Shown here: one piece after another, positions 9,407 to 24,800 of the stretch
How the letters are laid out: each line of letters opens with the position of its first letter
How positions within the stretch are numbered: position 1 is the stretch's first letter
NCBI GenBank assembly: GCA_964016885.1
Contig: OZ024743.1
Coordinates: forward strand, 18,600,001 to 18,664,000
Reading direction: 5' to 3'
Source of the DNA: Eledone cirrhosa
Taxonomy: Eukaryota
Length of the DNA stretch: 64,000 bases
The notes under the pieces: model-generated
The model's input: the letters and a program-made list of their open reading frames with translations, nothing else
Database searches by the model: none
What the model was told of the DNA's origin: nothing
Translations under genes and position numbers: made by a program

Positions 9407-9795
9407 ATTATTGTTCTGCAACCCCATGCATTGAACCACATTGTTAATAAGACAAAACCTATATATTTTCGAGCATTGATATGCATCTGTGTGTATATAA
9501 ATGTTACTAGATATAAATTCCTTATAATTATCTCCAATTCATTTGTCGAGCAATATTTGGCCATGATTGCTACTATGGTAGTAAGCTGGCCGCTGTCTTA
9601 ATAACCACTCGCTTTCCACTGATTGACCTCCATGTCACGTGATTGATTCTTTTTGAATTTGCCGCGGACGTAGAGGCATTGATTTTCTCAATGGCTTGGA
9701 ATCCAGTCCACGCATCGCTATTTCCATTCCACTGAATTATTTTTTTAATAAGTTTCCAGTGTCCTCGCTATTTCTGGAGACCTATACGGAAAAAG

Positions 9796-9878
9796 ACTTT
9801 CCTGATGACGGAATGATTTTCGATATGTTTCTTCGGAAAATATATTTACTCCATTCCAGAAACTAATTAGTTGGAAGT
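9796..9878 (+). ncRNA. Putative type I hammerhead ribozyme (first of ~104 positional copies, one per monomer)
   Basis: Stem I ACTTTC 9796-9801 / GGAAGT 9873-9878; CTGATGA 9802-9808; C.A then stem II GGAATG 9810-9815 / CATTCC 9852-9857 with apical tttc-TTCG-gaaa; GAAA 9859-9862; palindrome ACTAATTAGT 9862-9871; GUU triplet, predicted cut after 9872. The C.A at the stem II base is non-canonical. Confidence 0.75.
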
Positions 9879-12800
9879 GATTTTTTAGGAAGTAAGTTAA
9901 TTTTATAATTTTCTTATTTTACGTCTCTCATATTATTGTTCTGCAACCCCATGCATTGAACCACATTGTTAATAAGACAAAACCTATATATTTGCTAGCA
10001 TTGATATGCATCCGTGTGTATATAAATGTGACTAGATATAAATTCCTTATAATTATATCCAATTCATTTCACAAGCAATATTTGGCCATGACTGCTACTA
10101 TGGTAGTAAGCTGGCCGCTGTCTTAATAACCACTCGCTTTCCACTGATTGACCTCGATGTCACATGATTGATTCTTTTTGAATTTGCGCGGACCTAGAGG
10201 CAGTGATTTGCTCAATGGCTTGGAATCCAGTCCACGCATCGCTATTTCCATTCCACTGAATTATTTTTTTAATAAGTTTCCAGTGTCCTCGCTATGCCTG
10301 GAGACCTATACGGAAGAAGACTTTCCTGATGACTGAATGATTTTCGATATGTTTCTTCGGAAAATATATTTACTCCATTCCAGAAACTAATTAGTTGGAA
10401 GTGATTTTTTAGTAAGTAAGTTAATTTTATAATTTTCTTATTTTACGTTTCTCATACTATTGTTCTGCAACCCCATGCATTGAACCTCATTGTTAATAAG
10501 ACAAAACCTATACATTTGCTAGCATTGATATGCATCTGTGTGTATATAAATGTTACTAGATATAAATTCCTTATAATTATCTCCAATTCATTTGTCGAGC
10601 AATATTTGGCCATGACTGCTACTATGGTAGTAAGCTGGCCGCTGTCTTAATAACCACTCGCTTTCATTGATTGACCTCGATGTCACGTGATTGATTCTTT
10701 TTGAATTTGCCGCGGACGTAGAGAAGGCGATTTTCTCAATTGCTTGGAATCCAGTCCACGCATCGCTATTTCCATTCCACTGAATTATTTTTTTAATAAT
10801 TTTCCAGTGTCCTTTCTATGCCTGGAGACCTATACGGGAAAAGACTTTCCTGATGACGGAAAGATTTTATATAGGTTTCTTCGGAAAATATATTTACTCC
10901 ATTCCAGAAACTAATTAGTTGGAAGTGATTTTTTAGTAAGTAAGTTAATTTTATAATTTTCTTATTTTACGTCTGTCATATTATTGTTCTGCAACCCCAT
11001 GCATTGAACCACATTGTTAATAAGACAAAACCTATATATTTGCTAGCATTGGTATGCATCTGTGTGTATATAAATGTTACTAGATATAAATTTCTTATAA
11101 TTATCTCCAATTCATTTGTCGAGCAATATTTGGCCATGACTGCTACTATGGTAGTAAGCTGGACGCTGTCTTAATAACCACTCGCTTTCCACTGATTGAC
11201 CTCGATGTCACGTGATTGATTCTTTTTGAATTTGCCGCGGACGTAGAGGCATTGATTTTCTCAATGGCTTGGAATCCAGTCCACGCATCGCTATTTCCAT
11301 TCCACTGAATTATTTTTTTAATAAGTTTCCAGTGTCCTCGCTATGCCTGGAGACCTATACGGAAAAAGACTTTCCTGATAACGGAATGATTTTCGATATG
11401 TTTCTTCGGAAAATTTATTTACTCCATTCCAGAAACTAATTAGTTGGAAGTGATTTTTTAGTAAGTAAGTTAATTTTATAATTTTCTTATTTTACGTCTC
11501 TCATATTATTGTTCTGCAACCCCATGCATTGAACCACATTGTTAATAAGACAAAACCTATATATTTGCTAGCATTGATATGCATCTGTGTGTATATAAAT
11601 GTTACTAGATATAAATTCCTTACAATTATCTCCAATTCATTTGTCGAGCAATATTTGGCCATGACTGCTACTATGGTAGTAAGCTGGCCGCTGTCTTAAT
11701 AACCACTCGCTTTCCACTGATTGACCTCGATGTCACATGATTGATTCTTTTTGAATTTGCCGCGGACGTAGAGGCAGTGATTTTCTCAATGGCTTGGAAT
11801 CCAGTCCACGCATCGCTATTTCCATTCCACTGAATTATTTTTTTAATAAGTTTCCAGTGTCCTCGCTATGCCTGGAGACCTATACGGAAAAAGACTTTCC
11901 TGATGACGGAATGATTTTCGATATGTTTCTTCGGAAAATATATTTACTCCATTCCAGAAACTAATTAGTTGGAAGTGATTTTTTAGTATGTAAGTTAATT
12001 TTATAATTTTCTTATTTTATGTCTCTCATATTATTGTTCTGCAACCCCATGCATTGAACTACATTGTTAATAAGACAAAACCTATGTATTTGCTAGCATT
12101 GATATGCATATGTGTGTATATAAATGTTACTAGATATAAATTCCTTATAATTATCTCCAATTCATTTGTCGAGCAATATTTGGCCATGACTGCTACTATG
12201 GTAGTAAGCTGGCCGCTGTCTTAATAACCACTCGCTTTCATTGATTGACCTCGATGTCACGTGATTGATTCTTTTTGAATTTGCCGCGGACGTAGAGGAG
12301 GCGATTTTCTCAATTGCTTGGAATCCAGTCCACGCATCGCTATTTCCATTCCACTGAATTATTTTTTTAATAATTTTCCAGTGTCCTTGCTATGCCTGGA
12401 GACCTATACGGGAAAAGACTTTCCTGATGACGGAAAGATTTTATATAGGTTTCTTCGGAAGATATATTTACTCCATTCCAGAAACTAATTAGTTGGAAGT
12501 GATTTTTTAGTAAGTAAGTTAATTTTATAATTTTCTTATTTTACGTCTGTCATATTATTGTTCTGCAACCCCATGCATTGAACCACATTGTTAATAAGAC
12601 AAAACCTATATATTTGCTAGCATTGGTATGCATCTGTGTGTATATAAATGTTACTAGATATAAATTTCTTATAATTATCTCCAATTCATTTGTCGAGCAA
12701 TATTTGGCCATGACTGCTACTATGGTAGTAAGCTGGCCGCTGTCTTAATAACCACTCGCTTTCCACTGATTGACCTCGATGTCACGTGATTGACTCTTTT

Positions 12801-15800
12801 TGAATTTGCCGCGGACGTAGAGGCATTGATTTTCTCAATGGCTTGGAATCCAGTCCACGCATCGCTATTTCCATTCCACTGAATTATTTTTTTAATAAGT
12901 TTCCAGTGTCCTCGCTATGCCTGGAGACCTATACGGAAAAAGACTTTCCTGATGACGGAATAATTTTCGATATGTTTCTTCGGAAAATTTATTTACTCCA
13001 TTCCAGAAACTAATTAGTTGGAAGTGATTTTTTAGTAAGTAAGTTAATTTTATAATTTTCTTATTTTACGTCTCTCATATTATTGTTCTGCAACCCCATG
13101 CATTGAACCACATTGTTAATAAGACAAAACCTATATATTTGCTAGCATTGATATGCATCTGTGTGTATATAAATGTTACTAGATATAAATTCCTTACAAT
13201 TATCTCCAATTCATTTGTCGAGCAATATTTGGCCATGACTGCTACTATGGTAGTAAGCTGGCCGCTGTCTTAATAACCACTCGCTTTCCACTGATTGACC
13301 TCGATGTCACATGATTGATTCTTTTTGAATTTGCCGCGGACGTAGAGGCAGTGATTTTCTCAATGGCTTGGAATCCAGTCCACGCATCGCTATTTCCATT
13401 CCACTGAATTATTTTTTTAATAAGTTTCCAGTGTCCTCGCTATGCCTGGAGACCTATACGGAAAAAGACTTTCCTGATGACGGAATGATTTTCGATATGT
13501 TTCTTCGGAAAATATATTTACTCCATTCCAGAAACTAATTAGTTGGAAGTGATTTTTTAGTATGTAAGTTAATTTTATAATTTTCTTATTTTACGTCTCT
13601 CATATTATTGTTCTGCAACCCCATGCATTGAACTACATTGTTAATAAGACAAAACCTATGTATATGCTAGCATTGATATGCATCTGTGTGTATATAAATG
13701 TTACTAGATATAAATTCCTTATAATTATCTCCAATTCATTTGTCGATCAATATTTGGCCATGACTGCTAATATGGTAGTAAGCTGGCCGCTGTCTTAATA
13801 ACCACTCGCTTTCCACTGATTGACCTCGATGTCACGTGATTGATTCTTTTTGAATTTGCCGCGGACCTAGAGGCAGTGATTTTCTCAATGGCTTGGAATC
13901 CAGTCCACGCATCGCTATTTCCATTCCACTGAATTATTTTTTTAAAAAGTTTCCAGTGTCCTCGCTCTGCCTGGAGACCTATACGGAAAAAGACTTTCCT
14001 GATGACGGAATGATTTTCGATATGTTTCTTCGGAAAATATATTTACTCCATTCCAGAAACTAATTAGTTGGAAGTGATTTTTTAGTAAGTAAGTTAATTT
14101 TATAATTTTCTTATTTTACGTCTCTCATATTATTGTTCTGCAACCCCATGCATTGAACCACATTGTTAATAAGACAAAACCTATATATTTGCTAGCATTG
14201 ATATGCATCTGTGTGTATATAAATGTTACTAGATATAAATTCCTTATAATTATCTCCAATTCATTTGTCGAGCAATATTTGGCCATGACTGCTACTATGG
14301 TAGTAAGCTGGCCGCTGTCTTAATAACCACTCGCTTTCCACTGATTGACCTCGATGTCACATGATTGATTCTTTTTGAATTTGCCGCGGACGTAGAGGCA
14401 GTGATTTTCTCAATGGCTTGGAATCCAGTCCACGCATCGCTATTTCCATTCCACTGAATTATTTTTTTAATAAGTTTCCAGTGTCCTCGCTATGCCTGGA
14501 GACCTATACGGAAAAAGACTTTCCTGATGACGGAATGATTTTCGATATGTTTCTTCGGAAAATATATTTACTCCATTCCAGAAACTAATTAGTTGGAAGT
14601 GATTTTTTAGTATGTAAGTTAATTTTATAATTTTCTTATTTTACGTCTCTCATATTATTGTTCTGCAACCCCATGCATTGAACTACATTGTTAATAAGAC
14701 AAAACCTATGTATTTGCTAGCATTGATATGCATATGTGTGTATATAAATGTTACTAGATATAAATTCCTTATAATTATCTCCAATTCATTTGTCGAGCAA
14801 TATTTGGCCATGACTGCTACTATGGTAGTAAGCTGGCCGCTGTCTTAATAACCACTCGCTTTCCACTGATTGACCTCGATGTCACATGATTGATTCTTTT
14901 TGAATTTGCCGCGGACGTAGAGGCAGTGATTTTCTCAATGGCTTGGAATCCAGTCCACGCATCGCTATTTCCATTCCACTGAATTATTTTTTTAATAAGT
15001 TTCCAGTGTCCTCGCTATGCCTGGAGACCTATACGGAAAAAGACTTTCCTGATGACGGAATGATTTTCGATATGTTTCTTCGGAAAATATATTTACTCCA
15101 TTCCAGAAACTAATTAGTTGGAAGTGATTTTTTAGTATGTAAGTTAATTTTATAATTTTCTTATTTTATGTCTCTCATATTATTGTTCTGCAACCCCATG
15201 CATTGAACTACATTGTTAATAAGACAAAACCTATGTATTTGCTAGCATTGATATGCATATGTGTGTATATAAATGTTACTAGATATAAATTCCTTATAAT
15301 TATCTCCAATTCATTTGTCGAGCAATATTTGGCCATGACTGCTACTATGGTAGTAAGCTGGCCGCTGTCTTAATAACCACTCGCTTTCATTGATTGACCT
15401 CGATGTCACGTGATTGATTCTTTTTGAATTTGCCGCGGACGTAGAGGAGGCGATTTTCTCAATTGCTTGGAATCCAGTCCACGCATCGCTATTTCCATTC
15501 CACTGAATTATTTTTTTAATAATTTTCCAGTGTCCTTGCTATGCCTGGAGACCTATACGGGAAAAGACTTTCCTGATGACGGAAAGATTTTATATAGGTT
15601 TCTTCGGAAGATATATTTACTCCATTCCAGAAACTAATTAGTTGGAAGTGATTTTTTAGTAAGTAAGTTAATTTTATAATTTTCTTATTTTACGTCTGTC
15701 ATATTATTGTTCTGCAACCCCATGCATTGAACCACATTGTTAATAAGACAAAACCTATATATTTGCTAGCATTGGTATGCATCTGTGTGTATATAAATGT

Positions 15801-18800
15801 TACTAGATATAAATTTCTTATAATTATCTCCAATTCATTTGTCGAGCAATATTTGGCCATGACTGCTACTATGGTAGTAAGCTGGCCGCTGTCTTAATAA
15901 CCACTCGCTTTCCACTGATTGACCTCGATGTAACGTGATTGACTCTTTTTGAATTTGCCGCGGACGTAGAGGCATTGATTTTCTCAATGGCTTGGAATCC
16001 AGTCCACGCATCGCTATTTCCATTCCACTGAATTATTTTTTTAATAAGTTTCCAGTGTCCTCGCTATGCCTGGAGACCTATACGGAAAAAGACTTTCCTG
16101 ATGACGGAATAATTTTCGATATGTTTCTTCGGAAAATTTATTTACTCCATTCCAGAAACTAATTAGTTGGAAGTGATTTTTTAGTAAGTAAGTTAATTTT
16201 ATAATTTTCTTATTTTACGTCTCTCATATTATTGTTCTGCAACCCCATGCATTGAACCACATTGTTAATAAGACAAAACCTATATATTTGCTAGCATTGA
16301 TATGCATCTGTGTGTATATAAATGTTACTAGATATAAATTCCTTACAATTATCTCCAATTCATTTGTCGAGCAATATTTGGCCATGACTGCTACTATGGT
16401 AGTAAGCTGGCCGCTGTCTTAATAACCACTCGCTTTCCACTGATTGACCTCGATGTCACATGATTGATTCTTTTTGAATTTGCCGCGGACGTAGAGGCAG
16501 TGATTTTCTCAATGGCTTGGAATCCAGTCCACGCATCGCTATTTCCATTCCACTGAATTATTTTTTTAATAAGTTTCCAGTGTCCTCGCTATGCCTGGAG
16601 ACCTATACGGAAAAAGACTTTCCTGATGACGGAATGATTTTCGATATGTTTCTTCGGAAAATATATTTACTCCATTCCAGAAACTAATTAGTTGGAAGTG
16701 ATTTTTTAGTATGTAAGTTAATTTTATAATTTTCTTATTTTACGTCTCTCATATTATTGTTCTGCAACCCCATGCATTGAACTACATTGTTAATAAGACA
16801 AAACCTATGTATATGCTAGCATTGATATGCATCTGTGTGTATATAAATGTTACTAGATATAAATTCCTTATAATTATCTCCAATTCATTTGTCGAGCAAT
16901 ATTTGGCCATGACTGCTAATATGGTAGTAAGCTGGCCGCTGTCTTAATAACCACTCGCTTTCCACTGATTGACCTCGATGTCACGTGATTGATTCTTTTT
17001 GAATTTGCCGCGGACCTAGAGGCAGTGATTTTCTCAATGGCTTGGAATCCAGTCCACGCATCGCTATTTCCATTCCACTGAATTATTTTTTTAAAAAGTT
17101 TCCAGTGTCCTCGCTCTGCCTGGAGACCTATACGGAAAAAGACTTTCCTGATGACGGAATCATTTTCGATATGTTTCTTCGGAAAATATATTTACTCCAT
17201 TCCAGAAACTAATTTGTTGGAAGTGATTTTTTAGTAAGTAAGTTAATTTTATAATTTTCTTATTTTACGTCTCTCATATTATTGTTCTGCAACCCCATGC
17301 ATTGAACCACATTGTTAATAAGACAAAACCTATATATTTGCTAGCATTGATATGCATCTGTGTGTATATAAATGTTACTAGATATAAATTCCTTATAATT
17401 ATCTCCAATTCATTTGTCGAGCAATATTTGGCCATGACTGCTACTATGGTAGTAAGCTGGCCGCTGTCTTAATAACCACTCGCTTTCCACTGATTGACCT
17501 CGATGTCACATGATTGATTCTTTTTGAATTTGCCGCGGACGTAGAGGCAGTGATTTTCTCAATGGCTTGGAATCCAGTCCACGCATCGCTATTTCCATTC
17601 CACTGAATTATTTTTTTAATAAGTTTCCAGTGTCCTCGCTATGCCTGGAGACCTATACGGAAAAAGACTTTCCTGATGACGGAATGATTTTCGATATGTT
17701 TCTTCGGAAAATATATTTACTCCATTCCAGAAACTAATTAGTTGGAAGTGATTTTTTAGTATGTAAGTTAATTTTATAATTTTCTTATTTTACGTCTCTC
17801 ATATTATTGTTCTGCAACCCCATGCATTGAACTACATTGTTAATAAGACAAAACCTATGTATTTGCTAGCATTGATATGCATATGTGTGTATATAAATGT
17901 TACTAGATATAAATTCCTTATAATTATCTCCAATTCATTTGTCGAGCAATATTTGGCCATGACTGCTACTATGGTAGTAAGCTGGCCGCTGTCTTAATAA
18001 CCACTCGCTTTCCACTGATTGACCTCGATGTCACATGATTGATTCTTTTTGAATTTGCCCCGGACGTAGAGGCAGTGATTTTCTCAATGGCTTGGAATCC
18101 AGTCCACGCATCGCTATTTCCATTCCACTGAATTATTTTTTTAATAAGTTTCCAGTGTCCTCGCTATGCCTGGAGACCTATACGGAAAAAGACTTTCCTG
18201 ATGACGGAATGATTTTCGATATGTTTCTTCGGAAAATATATTTACTCCATTCCAGAAACTAATTAGTTGGAAGTGATTTTTTAGTATGTAAGTTAATTTT
18301 ATAATTTTCTTATTTTACGTCTCTCATATTATTGTTCTGCAACCCCATGCATTGAACTACATTGTTAATAAGACAAAACCTATGTATATGCTAGCATTGA
18401 TATGCATCTGTGTGTATATAAATGTTACTAGATATAAATTCCTTATAATTATCTCCAATTCATTTGTCGAGCAATATTTGGCCATGACTGCTAATATGGT
18501 AGTAAGCTGGCCGCTGTCTTAATAACCACTCGCTTTCCACTGATTGACCTCGATGTCACGTGATTGATTCTTTTTGAATTTGCCGCGGACCTAGAGGCAG
18601 TGATTTTCTCAATGGCTTGGAATCCAGTCCACGCATCGCTATTTCCATTCCACTGAATTATTTTTTTAAAAAGTTTCCAGTGTCCTCGCTCTGCCTGGAG
18701 ACCTATACGGAAAAAGACTTTCCTGATGACGGAATGATTTTCGATATGTTTCTTCGGAAAATATATTTACTCCATTCCAGAAACTAATTAGTTGGAAGTG

Positions 18801-21800
18801 ATTTTTTAGTAAGTAAGTTAATTTTATAATTTTCTTATTTTACGTCTCTCATATTATTGTTCTGCAACCCCATGCATTGAACCACATTGTTAATAAGACA
18901 AAACCTATATATTTGCTAGCATTGATATGCATCTGTGTGTATATAAATGTTACTAGATATAAATTCCTTATAATTATCTCCAATTCATTTGTCGAGCAAT
19001 ATTTGGCCATGACTGCTACTATGGTAGTAAGCTGGCCGCTGTCTTAATAACCACTCGCTTTCCACTGATTGACCTCGATGTCACATGATTGATTCTTTTT
19101 GAATTTGCCGCGGACGTAGAGGCAGTGATTTTCTCAATGGCTTGGAATCCAGTCCACGCATCGCTATTTCCATTCCACTGAATTATTTTTTTAATAAGTT
19201 TCCAGTGTCCTCGCTATGCCTGGAGACCTATACGGAAAAAGACTTTCCTGATGACGGAATGATTTTCGATATGTTTCTTCGGAAAATATATTTACTCCAT
19301 TCCAGAAACTAATTAGTTGGAAGTGATTTTTTAGTATGTAAGTTAATTTTATAATTTTCTTATTTTACGTCTCTCATATTATTGTTCTGCAACCCCATGC
19401 ATTGAACTACATTGTTAATAAGACAAAACCTATGTATTTGCTAGCATTGATATGCATATGTGTGTATATAAATGTTACTAGATATAAATTCCTTATAATT
19501 ATCTCCAATTCATTTGTCGAGCAATATTTGGCCATGACTGCTACTATGGTTGTAAGCTGGCCGCTGTCTTAAAAACCACTCGCTTTCCACTGATTGACCT
19601 CGATGTCACATGATTGATTCTTTTTGAATTTGCGCGGACATAGAGGCAGTGATTTTCTCAATGGCTTGGAATCCAGTCCACGCATCGCTATTTCCATTCC
19701 ACTGAATTATTTTTTTAATAAGTTTCCAGTGTCCTCGCTATGCCTGGAGACCTATACGGAAAAAGACTTTCCTGATGACTGAATGATTTTCGATATGTTT
19801 CTTCGGAAAATATATTTACTCCATTCCAGAAACTAATTAGTTGGAAGTGATTTTTTAGTAAGTAAGTTAATTTTATAATTTTCTTATTTTACGTCTCTCA
19901 TATTATTGTTCTGCAACCCCATGCATTGAACCACATTGTTAATAAGACAAAACCTATACATTTGCTAGCATTGATATGCATCTGTGTGTATATAAATGTT
20001 ACTAGATATAAATTCCTTATAATTATCTCCAATTCATTTGTCGAGCAATATTTGGCCATGACTGCTACTATGGTAGTAAGCTGGCCGCTGTCTTAATAAC
20101 CACTCGCTTTCCACTGATTGACCTCGATGTCACATGATTGATTCTTTTTGAATTTGCCGCGGACGTAGAGGCAGTGATTTTCTCAATGGCTTGGAATCCA
20201 GTCCACGCATCGCTATTTCCATTCCACTGAATTATTTTTTTAATAAGTTTCCAGTGTCCTCGCTATGCCTGGAGACCTATACGGAAAAAGACTTTCCTGA
20301 TGACGGAATGATTTTCGATATGTTTCTTCGGAAAATATATTTACTCCATTCCAGAAACTAATTAGTTGGAAGTGATTTTTTAGTATGTAAGTTAATTTTA
20401 TAATTTTCTTATTTTACGTCTCTCATATTATTGTTCTGCAACCCCATGCATTGAACTACATTGTTAATAAGACAAAACCTATGTATATGCTAGCATTGAT
20501 ATGCATCTGTGTGTATATAAATGTTACTAGATATAAATTCCTTATAATTATCTCCAATTCATTTGTCGAGCAATATTTGGCCATGACTGCTAATATGGTA
20601 GTAAGCTGGCCGCTGTCTTAATAACCACTCGCTTTCCACTGATTGACCTCGATGTCACGTGATTGATTCTTTTTGAATTTGCCGCGGACCTAGAGGCAGT
20701 GATTTTCTCAATGGCTTGGAATCCAGTCCACGCATCGCTATTTCCATTCCACTGAATTATTTTTTTAAAAAGTTTCCCGTGTCCTCGCTCTGCCTGGAGA
20801 CCTATACGGAAAAAGACTTTCCTGATGACGGAATGATTTTCGATATGTTTCTTCGGAAAATATATTTACTCCATTCCAGAAACTAATTAGTTGGAAGTGA
20901 TTTTTTAGTAAGTAAGTTAATTTTATAATTTTCTTATTTTACGTCTCTCATATTATTGTTCTGCAACCCCATGCATTGAACCACATTGTTAATAAGACAA
21001 AACCTATATATTTGCTAGCATTGATATGCATCTGTGTGTATATAAATGTTACTAGATATAAATTCCTTATAATTATCTCCAATTCATTTGTCGAGCAATA
21101 TTTGGCCATGACTGCTACTATGGTAGTAAGCTGGCCGCTGTCTTAATAACCACTCGCTTTCCACTGATTGACCTCGATGTCACATGATTGATTCTTTTTG
21201 AATTTGCCGCGGACGTAGAGGCAGTGATTTTCTCAATGGCTTGGAATCCAGTCCACGCATCGCTATTTCCATTCCACTGAATTATTTTTTTAATAAGTTT
21301 CCAGTGTCCTCGCTATGCCTGGAGACCTATACGGAAAAAGACTTTCCTGATGACGGAATGATTTTCGATATGTTTCTTCGGAAAATATATTTACTCCATT
21401 CCAGAAACTAATTAGTTGGAAGTGATTTTTTAGTATGTAAGTTAATTTTATAATTTTCTTATTTTACGTCTCTCATATTATTGTTCTGCAACCCCATGCA
21501 TTGAACTACATTGTTAATAAGACAAAACCTATGTATTTGCTAGCATTGATATGCATATGTGTGTATATAAATGTTACTAGATATAAATTCCTTATAATTA
21601 TCTCCAATTCATTTGTCGAGCAATATTTGGCCATGACTGCTACTATGGTTGTAAGCTGGCCGCTGTCTTAAAAACCACTCGCTTTCCACTGATTGACCTC
21701 GATGTCACATGATTGATTCTTTTTGAATTTGCGCGGACATAGAGGCAGTGATTTTCTCAATGGCTTGGAATCCAGTCCACGCATCGCTATTTCCATTCCA

Positions 21801-24800
21801 CTGAATTATTTTTTTAATAAGTTTCCAGTGTCCTCGCTATGCCTGGAGACCTATACGGAAAAAGACTTTCCTGATGACTGAATGATTTTCGATATGTTTC
21901 TTCGGAAAATATATTTACTCCATTCCAGAAACTAATTAGTTGGAAGTGATTTTTTAGTAAGTAAGTTAATTTTATAATTTTCTTATTTTACGTCTCTCAT
22001 ATTATTGTTCTGCAACCCCATGCATTGAACCACATTGTTAATAAGACAAAACCTATACATTTGCTAGCATTGATATGCATCTGTGTGTATATAAATGTTA
22101 CTAGATATAAATTCCTTATAATTATCTCCAATTCATTTGTCGAGCAATATTTGGCCATGACTGCTACTATGGTAGTAAGCTGGCCGCTATCTTAATAACC
22201 ACTCGCTTTCATTGATTGACCTCGATGTCACGTGATTGATTCTTTTTGAATTTGCCGCGGACGTAGAGGAGGCGATTTTCTCAATTGCTTGGAATCCAGT
22301 CCACGCATCGCTATTTCCATTCCACTGAATTATTTTTTTAATAATTTTCCAGTGTCCTTGCTATGCCTGGAGACCTATACGGGAAAAGACTTTCCTGATG
22401 ACGGAAAGATTTTATATAGGTTTCTTCGGAAAATATATTTACCACATTACAGAAACTAATTAGTTGGAAGTGATTTTTTAGTAAGTAAGTTAATTTTATA
22501 ATTTTCTTATTTTACGTCTGTCATATTATTGTTCTGCAACCCCATGCATTGAACCACATTGTTAATAAGACAAAACCTATATATTTGCTAGCATTGATAT
22601 GCATCTGTGTGTATATAAATGTTACTAGATATAAATTTCTTATAATTATCTCCAATTCATTTGTCGAGCAATATTTGGCCATGACTGCTACTATGGTAGT
22701 AAGCTGGCCGCCGTCTTAATAACCACTCGCTTTCCACTGATTGACCTCGATGTCACGTGATTGATTCTTTTTGAATTTGCCGCGGACGTAGAGGCATTGA
22801 TTTTCTCAATGGCTTGGAATCCAGTCCACGCATCGCTATTTCCATTCCACTGAATTATTTTTTTAATAAGTTTCCAGTGTCCTCGCTATGCCTGGAGACC
22901 TATACGGAAAAAGACTTTCCTGATGACGGAATGATTTTCGATATGTTTCTTCGGAAAATATATTTACTCCATTCCAGAAACTAATTAGTTGGAAGTGATT
23001 TTTTAGTATGTAAGTTAATTTTATAATTTTCTTATTTTACGTCTCTCATATTATTGTTCTGCAACCCCATGCATTGCACTACATTGTTAATAAGACAAAA
23101 CCTATGTATATGCTAGCATTGATATGCATCTGTGTGTATATAAATGTTACTAGATATAAATTCCTTATAATTATCTCCAATTCATTTGTCGAGCAATATT
23201 TGGCCATGACTGCTAATATGGTATTAAGCTGGCCGCTGTCTTAATAACTACTCGCTTTCCACTGATTGACCTCGATGTCACGTGATTGATTCTTTTTGAA
23301 TTTGCCGCGGACCTAGAGGCAGTGATTTTCTCAATGGCTTGGAATCCAGTCCACGCATCGCTATTTCCATTCCACTGAATTATTTTTTTAAAAGGTTTCC
23401 AGTGTCCTCGCTCTGCCTGGAGACCTATACGGAAAAAGACTTTCCTGATGACGGAATGATTTTCGATATGTTTCTTCGGAAAATATATTTACTCCATTCC
23501 AGAAACTAATTAGTTGGAAGTGATTTTTTAGTAAGTAAGTTAATTTTATAATTTTCTTATTTTACGTCTCTCATATTATTGTTCTGCAACCCCATGCATT
23601 GAACCACATTGTTAATAAGACAAAACCTATATATTTGCTAGCATTGATATGCATCTGTGTGTATATAAATGTTACTAGATATAAATTCCTTATAATTATC
23701 TCCAATTCATTTGTCGAGCAATATTTGGCCATGACTGCTACTATGGTAGTAAGCTGGCCGCTGTCTTAAAAACCACTCGCTTTCCACTGATTGACCTCGA
23801 TGTTACATGATTGATTCTTTTTGAATTTGCGCGGACATAGAGGCAGTGATTTTCTCAATGGCTTGGAATCCAGTCCACGCATCGCTATTTCCATTCCACT
23901 GAATTATTTTTTTAATAAGTTTCCAGTGTCCTCGCTATGCCTGGAGACCTATACGGAAAAAGACTTTCCTGATGACTGAATGATTTTCGATATGTTTCTT
24001 CGGAAAATATATTTACTCCATTCCAGAAACTAATTAGTTGGAAGTGATTTTTTAGTAAGTAAGTTAATTTTATAATTTTCTTATTTTACGTCTCTCATAT
24101 TATTGTTCTGCAACCCCATGCATTGAACCACATTGTTAATAAGACAAAACCTATACATTTGCTAGCATTGATATGCATCTGTGTGTATATAAATGTTACT
24201 AGATATAAATTCCTTATAATTATCTCCAATTCATTTGTCGAGCAATATTTGGCCATGACTGCTACTATGGTAGTAAGCTGGCCGCTATCTTAATAACCAC
24301 TCGCTTTCATTGATTGACCTCGATGTCACGTGATTGATTCTTTTTGAATTTGCCGCGGACGTAGAGGAGGCGATTTTCTCAATTGCTTGGAATCCAGTCC
24401 ACGCATCGCTATTTCCATTCCACTGAATTATTTTTTTAATAAGTTTCCAGTGTCCTCGCTATGCCTGGAGACCTATACGGAAAAAGACTTTCCTGATGAC
24501 GGAATGATTTTCGATATGTTTCTTCGGAAAATATATTTACTCCATTCCAGAAACTAATTAGTTGGAAGTGATTTTTTAGTATGTAAGTTAATTTTATAAT
24601 TTTCTTATTTTACGTCTCTCATATTATTGTTCTGCAACCCCATGCATTGCACTACATTGTTAATAAGACAAAACCTATGTATATGCTAGCATTGATATGC
24701 ATCTGTGTGTATATAAATGTTACTAGATATAAATTCCTTATAATTATCTCCAATTCATTTGTCGAGCAATATTTGGCCATGACTGCTAATATGGTAGTAA

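Noticed and set aside
9776-9832. Alternative type III hammerhead fold using ggaaa-aagac-tttcc as stem I
   Set aside because: Lacks GAAA after stem II and a valid NUH site; the type I fold satisfies all core positions.
9320-9832. MITE defined by the inverted fragment and its match in the first monomer
   Set aside because: No target-site duplication or recognisable transposon termini seen, and the right arm is internal to every monomer.
9831-9847. CENP-B box-like 'cttcg' motif
   Set aside because: Only the first few bases match; the rest of the 17-bp consensus is absent.
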